DNA of 64,000 nucleotides, taken from contig NIVC01000166.1 in assembly GCA_002269645.1 (NCBI GenBank), positions 186,001 to 250,000 of the forward strand. The letters run 5' to 3'. Of the stretch, positions 60,140 to 64,000 are shown piece by piece. A program made the position numbers and the translations under genes. The notes beneath the pieces were generated by a model, which worked only from the letters and a program-made list of their open reading frames with translations, was not told the DNA's origin and did not search any database. The stretch comes from Macrostomum lignano (Eukaryota). Numbering within the stretch: position 1 is the stretch's first letter; each line of letters opens with the position of its first letter.

Positions 60140-60846
60140 TCATTGTGCATTTCTCGTTGTACTTCTCGTTGTCCTTCTTTCCACATAATGTTGAAGAACT
60201 TTCTCGAGTTCATTTCTCAGCTGACTCATGTCATCAGTACCGACCATGTTCAAGTTCATTCGAATTGATTGTTCATAAAGATCCTGAATGGTTTTGAACT
60301 CATCCTCTGAAATGAACTTATCCTCGATTGCCCTTGAAATGTACCCTATGATTGATGTGTGCACCCCTTTCTCTTTACTTGCTTCTCCTGTAGCTGCTTT
60401 AGTTTTTTTCGCCTGTTTCGCGCTAATGCTCCAGTAATTGCTGAAATAAGTCCACATGCAGCACCAGCAGAGCCGAGTGGGATTGCGATTGGGGCTGTGA
60501 TGACTGGCAACACTGAGACAGCTGCAGCAGATCCAGATAGAACAGACACAGATCCTAGAATCATATTGCTGTAGTCGAAAAATTTACAGTGGTTGTCATA
60601 GCGCTTAATTTTCTTTGTGTTGTGGAAAATATTTTTTTCAAGATCATCGCGCATTTTTTGAATCTCCACCAGTCGAAACTGTTGAGAGTTACATGTGATG
60701 ACGGGGTAGAGTTTTTGTTGCTCATATTGGGGTGCACTAGGTGCTGTGGGTGCTGTGGGAGCATTCGGTGCCATTGGGTTTGGTGCTGTCGGTATTTTAG
60801 GTTCAGCATATTGAGACTGATCGTATAGAGAATTTTGTTGGGCCAT
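60140..60846 (-). CDS. Polinton membrane protein (GasderminX-like pattern) with N-terminal PTAP/PSAP/LYPxI motifs; frameshift at ~60400
   Basis: IPTAP...APTAPTAPSAP...KLYPVI, FRLVEI, then two hydrophobic helices and a basic patch. In the shifted frame: YISRAIEDKFISEDEFKTI. Confidence 0.65.
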
Positions 60847-60884
60847 TTTTTTCTCTAGAAAAAATAATAAAAAAAATTATAAAA

Positions 60885-61627
60885 CTATCCGGTTGAAAGA
60901 TCTGTTTTCTTTTTGATAATTTCATCTGCAGAAATGACCGGACGAGCAGCAGATTCTGCTTCATCAATAGCAATATCACGAAGATTGAGTGTTCTCTCCA
61001 GACGATTAAGCCTCCTTAGTATTTTACCCCAAGAGCTATACATTCCGTTTAGATAGCTACTGTGTGATACATCGTTTCTCTTTAATGCTTCAAGTCTTTC
61101 TTTAATTCTATCATGCAACGATGTTGACTGGTTCATGAACTCTTCTAAATTATTGACTTTAACTGTGTTGGTTGCGACGTTTTCTTTAATTCTATCATGC
61201 AACGCTGTTGACTGGTTCATGAACTCTTCTAAATTATTTACTTTAGCTGTGTTTGTGAAAACTCCTCCTTCAAGAATACGCATCCGTCTATCAATGGAAT
61301 TTGATGAAGATTAACTGATGATCTCAAGCCGTTGATTAGCGAGACTATCGAAGTTATTTCTGACCTTAGTTCATTAGTGCTGTGATCAAACTGCGCATAA
61401 AGCTTATCACTTTCAAATTTCTGCCTAGCTACTTTAAGCCTGAGATCTTCCATGTTTATTTGCAACTGGTGCATGGAGCGCTCTAGGGCTTTTAGTCTGT
61501 TTTTATTCAGTTTGATCTCTGGGATCTTTTCGTCGCTGTTGATATATCGCCTGTCAAGGATGGATATCTGAGCTGATGTAAGAGCGCTGTTGCCAGAAAT
61601 GGATTCACCTGCAAAGTTTATCGACAT
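60885..61627 (-). CDS. Coiled-coil hypothetical protein(s), probably one gene with a frameshift near 61270; contains an ~80-bp internal duplication
   Basis: Two overlapping ORFs with heptad-like content. KVNNLEEFMNQST-LHDRIKE occurs twice. Confidence 0.5.
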
Positions 61628-61643
61628 CTTTTAATAGCAAATT

Positions 61644-62443
61644 TTAAATTACAGTTCTTTTTTCTTTGCTGATAATCACAAACTGGTAAGGCTGATTCCA
61701 CTTGTCATAGCAAAGATTAACGAATTCCTCTTGTGAAATCTTTCTGCTTGAGTTTTTTGTTGGATTTATGAAATAGGCAGGCGCAATGACCTCATTGTAA
61801 AATCTTTTTAACCTGTCCTGTGGAATGGTTGGAAACAGGAGAATCAGATTGCAGTTCCCACGAATTGTTTTGTTCGGGAGCTCGAACCAATTCTGTGCAA
61901 TGTAAATTACATTACAATTGTTATGTCGCCCTCTTGTAAAATAGTTTTCTATCTGCTTCTGTGGGCCTGTCATACAATCATCAAAGACGATCAAATGCTT
62001 TCTCCCTTTTCTAGCTCATCTGGTTGGGGTAGAAGTTTGGTCTTTGGATCAGCCTGTGGATCTCCATAGGTGAACACTTTAATGTTCTGCCATTTTTCAT
62101 TGTCTTTGAGGTGCTTTGCATATTCGGCAGCTACAATTTCAGGGTTACTGGGAAGGCTCATTTGGTTATTAAAACATGCAATAATGTCCTCTTTGTTCAG
62201 CTTGTTTTGCAATCCAGAAATCAGCATTCTATACTCATCTTGATACAGTGTGGGAGAGTAGATGTGCAGAGTGTCATAGTCGATAAATCCAGGTCTAAGA
62301 AGCATGTTAAAGACTCTGAATGTTTTACCTGAACCTGATGAACCAACAACAATGCATCTGAAGTGACTCGGAATTGACTCGTGATGAGAAAACTTAATCT
62401 GATTACGCGTCCAGTGAGGATTGAAGTCGTTTGAAAAGTCCAT
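61644..62443 (-). CDS. A32/FtsK-like genome packaging ATPase; frameshift at ~61995
   Basis: Walker A IVVGSSGSGKT. Walker B IVFDDCM, GRHNN and IAQN lie in the second frame. Confidence 0.9.
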
Positions 62444-62483
62444 TTTTTTCTATGATGAAAAAAATAATTAAATAATAAATAAT

Positions 62484-62548
62484 TTAGATGTGTCATTTTG
62501 GGACTTAGATGTGTCATTTTGGGACTTAGATGTGTCATTTTGGGACTA
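62484..62548. repeat. 21-bp x3 intergenic repeat (TTAGATGTGTCATTTTGGGAC)
   Basis: Directly visible between two Polinton genes. Confidence 0.85.
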
Positions 62549-62590
62549 GTCTTGTACCTTTACATTTCTTGTACCCTCGGAAAGTACCCT

Positions 62591-62968
62591 TTAGTCAAAT
62601 TTGAAACCACTTCCTTTTTTAATGCTAGCTTTCATCTTCTCATAGACTGCAGGGTCCACACTGTCTGGGTTTGGGGCCAGCGGAGCCAGAGGTTGAATCT
62701 CTTGTTTAGGTGTTACAGTATCCTTTATCTTTTTGGCTGCTGTGGCTACACTGCCAGCCGCTTCGGCAACGTTCTTGATGTTCTCTTTGTTCTCTCCAAT
62801 GACCTTAAAAATCTTGGCCCCCTGAGCGATCAAATCGGCAAGGCCATTCCCAGAGCGTTCTTTTCTTGGATAGTGGCCTGCAGGGAAAAGTCCAGATCCG
62901 CGTTTAATAAGATTAAGTTCCTCTTTGTCGTAGTATTTGTCCACGTCTTTCTCAAAAATAATCGGCAT
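62591..62968 (-). CDS. Small basic protein with repeated GxG motifs and an amphipathic helix (possible protease-processed virion protein)
   Basis: KRGSGLF, RSGNGLADLIAQGAKIFKVIGE, KKGSGFKF. ATG at 62968. Confidence 0.55.
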   Translation of the reverse strand: MPIIFEKDVDKYYDKEELNLIKRGSGLFPAGHYPRKERSGNGLADLIAQGAKIFKVIGENKENIKNVAEAAGSVATAAKKIKDTVTPKQEIQPLAPLAPNPDSVDPAVYEKMKASIKKGSGFKFD

Positions 62969-62984
62969 CTTTTTAAATAGAAAT

Positions 62985-64000
62985 TTATTTTTTGTTGAAC
63001 CGCGAAAGCAGAAGCTCTCTCGCCCTCTTATCGATGTATTTTCTCTCAAGCATTTTGTCCAGGATGTTGACAAATTCTTTTCTATTTTCATCTTTCATTC
63101 CGGTCTTTGCCGCTCCTAGAAGAACCGCTACTCGCTTGTAGATTTCAGAAATTCCTTTTCCAGTTGCGGGCGGTTGGTCTTGGGGTTGTGGAGTTGGTTG
63201 GGCTTGTAGCTGCTGGGGAGGTGATGCAAAAGACTGCTCACTTTCAGAGATGGAACTGTCATGTGGTGCCTGTCTTTGTTGAGGTGTGAAAACTCTTTGC
63301 TTGATTCTATTCATTCGATCTGGAGAGTGTTGTTCTAAGTGTTGCCAGTCTGTTGGGTTTTGTTTCTTATATTCAGCTACTTTCAAAGGGTCTAACTGCT
63401 CGAGTTGACTGAGTACTTGTTCTTCTGTGGAATGTTGCTGCTGTGGTTGTGGTTGTTGTTGTTGCTGTTGTTGTTGTTGTTGTTGTTGTTGTTCTAGATA
63501 TTTTATGACTTCCGCCTGATCTGGCAAATCGAACCATTGTTTAAAGTGTTTGTACTTTTTGAATCTAGTCAGGTTGACACCGTTATCATACATAAGTTTC
63601 AGGACTTCTGGGGCCTTTAGTATTTCTATATCTCTAGCAAGAGAAAAAGTCACTAGATCTTTGTAGTTCTTTAGCTGCTTGTCCGAGATTCTCTCTTGGT
63701 TCTTAGTCATAAAATTCAGTAAGGTTTCTGTGAAAGGAATGCTCTTAGTTTCCGAGCCTTTGACAACAGAAATATGTTTCTTATTTATGTCGATATAATA
63801 TTCCACTGGTTCATTATAAATATTTTTTCTCCACATACTTATTCCAAATACATATTTCCCATCATGTTCTACACGCTCTACTGGTCCAAAAATGTTATCT
63901 GTCACTTTTAGTTGCTGTTGTTGTGGTTGTGATTGATGTGGTTGTGGTTGTTGTGGTTGCGGTTGTGTCTGTGGTTGCGGCTGTATCTGTGGTGCTTCTG
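62985..64000 (-). CDS. Polinton conserved (PZ-like) protein with poly-Q tracts, 5'-partial
   Basis: C-terminal KRVAVLLGAAKTG...EFVNILDKML..KYI resembles a conserved Polinton motif. The frame is open to the window edge (EAPQIQPQPQ...). Confidence 0.6.
   Translation of the reverse strand, partial: EAPQIQPQPQTQPQPQQPQPHQSQPQQQQLKVTDNIFGPVERVEHDGKYVFGISMWRKNIYNEPVEYYIDINKKHISVVKGSETKSIPFTETLLNFMTKNQERISDKQLKNYKDLVTFSLARDIEILKAPEVLKLMYDNGVNLTRFKKYKHFKQWFDLPDQAEVIKYLEQQQQQQQQQQQQQPQPQQQHSTEEQVLSQLEQLDPLKVAEYKKQNPTDWQHLEQHSPDRMNRIKQRVFTPQQRQAPHDSSISESEQSFASPPQQLQAQPTPQPQDQPPATGKGISEIYKRVAVLLGAAKTGMKDENRKEFVNILDKMLERKYIDKRARELLLSRFNKK

Larger units (their letters stand above)
53097..64000. mobile_element. 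Polinton/Maverick (adintovirus-like) endogenous virus; right part beyond the window, left end unresolved (may start ~52600)
   Basis: Intronless, compact, A-rich gene cluster with pPolB, rve integrase, adenain-type protease, A32-like ATPase and PLA2. No capsid genes within the window. Confidence 0.92.

Noticed and set aside
6144-64000. Functional link between the kinase-caspase pair and the Polinton
   Set aside because: They are more than 35 kb apart with unrelated genes between; nothing in the sequence connects them.

Overview
Intron-containing eukaryotic (animal) DNA, rich in satellites. The style suggests a free-living flatworm such as Macrostomum, but that is only a guess. The most striking locus is 6.1-17.5 kb: two head-to-head paralogous genes that I spliced by hand into uninterrupted frames. 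The + gene (11636-17547, 8 exons, 1355 aa) reads pseudokinase - kinase - pseudocaspase - 6 ankyrin repeats - Gly-rich linker - pseudocaspase. The - gene (10358-6144, 7 exons, 1095 aa) has the same chain but only the pseudokinase; a 118-nt exon stands where the active kinase would be. All four caspase-fold domains lack the catalytic Cys. This looks like a paired signalling or cell-death module (active partner plus decoy or regulator); function and novelty are untested. The window also holds a divergent peptide-type GPCR and GPCR relics, a young Mag-like Ty3/Gypsy element (190-bp LTRs, ATATC TSD), a hAT MITE, fold-back elements, four tRNA-derived CORE-like SINEs, CNOT11 with a different satellite in each intron, a 4-TM gene, two EGF membrane-protein paralogues and a decayed LINE. 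From about 53 kb to the window end lies a Polinton/adintovirus-like endogenous virus (PLA2, rve integrase, pX-like protein, pPolB, adenain protease, a membrane protein with clustered PTAP/PSAP/LYPxI motifs, packaging ATPase) with many single-base frameshifts. No database searches were run; family calls come from motif recognition.
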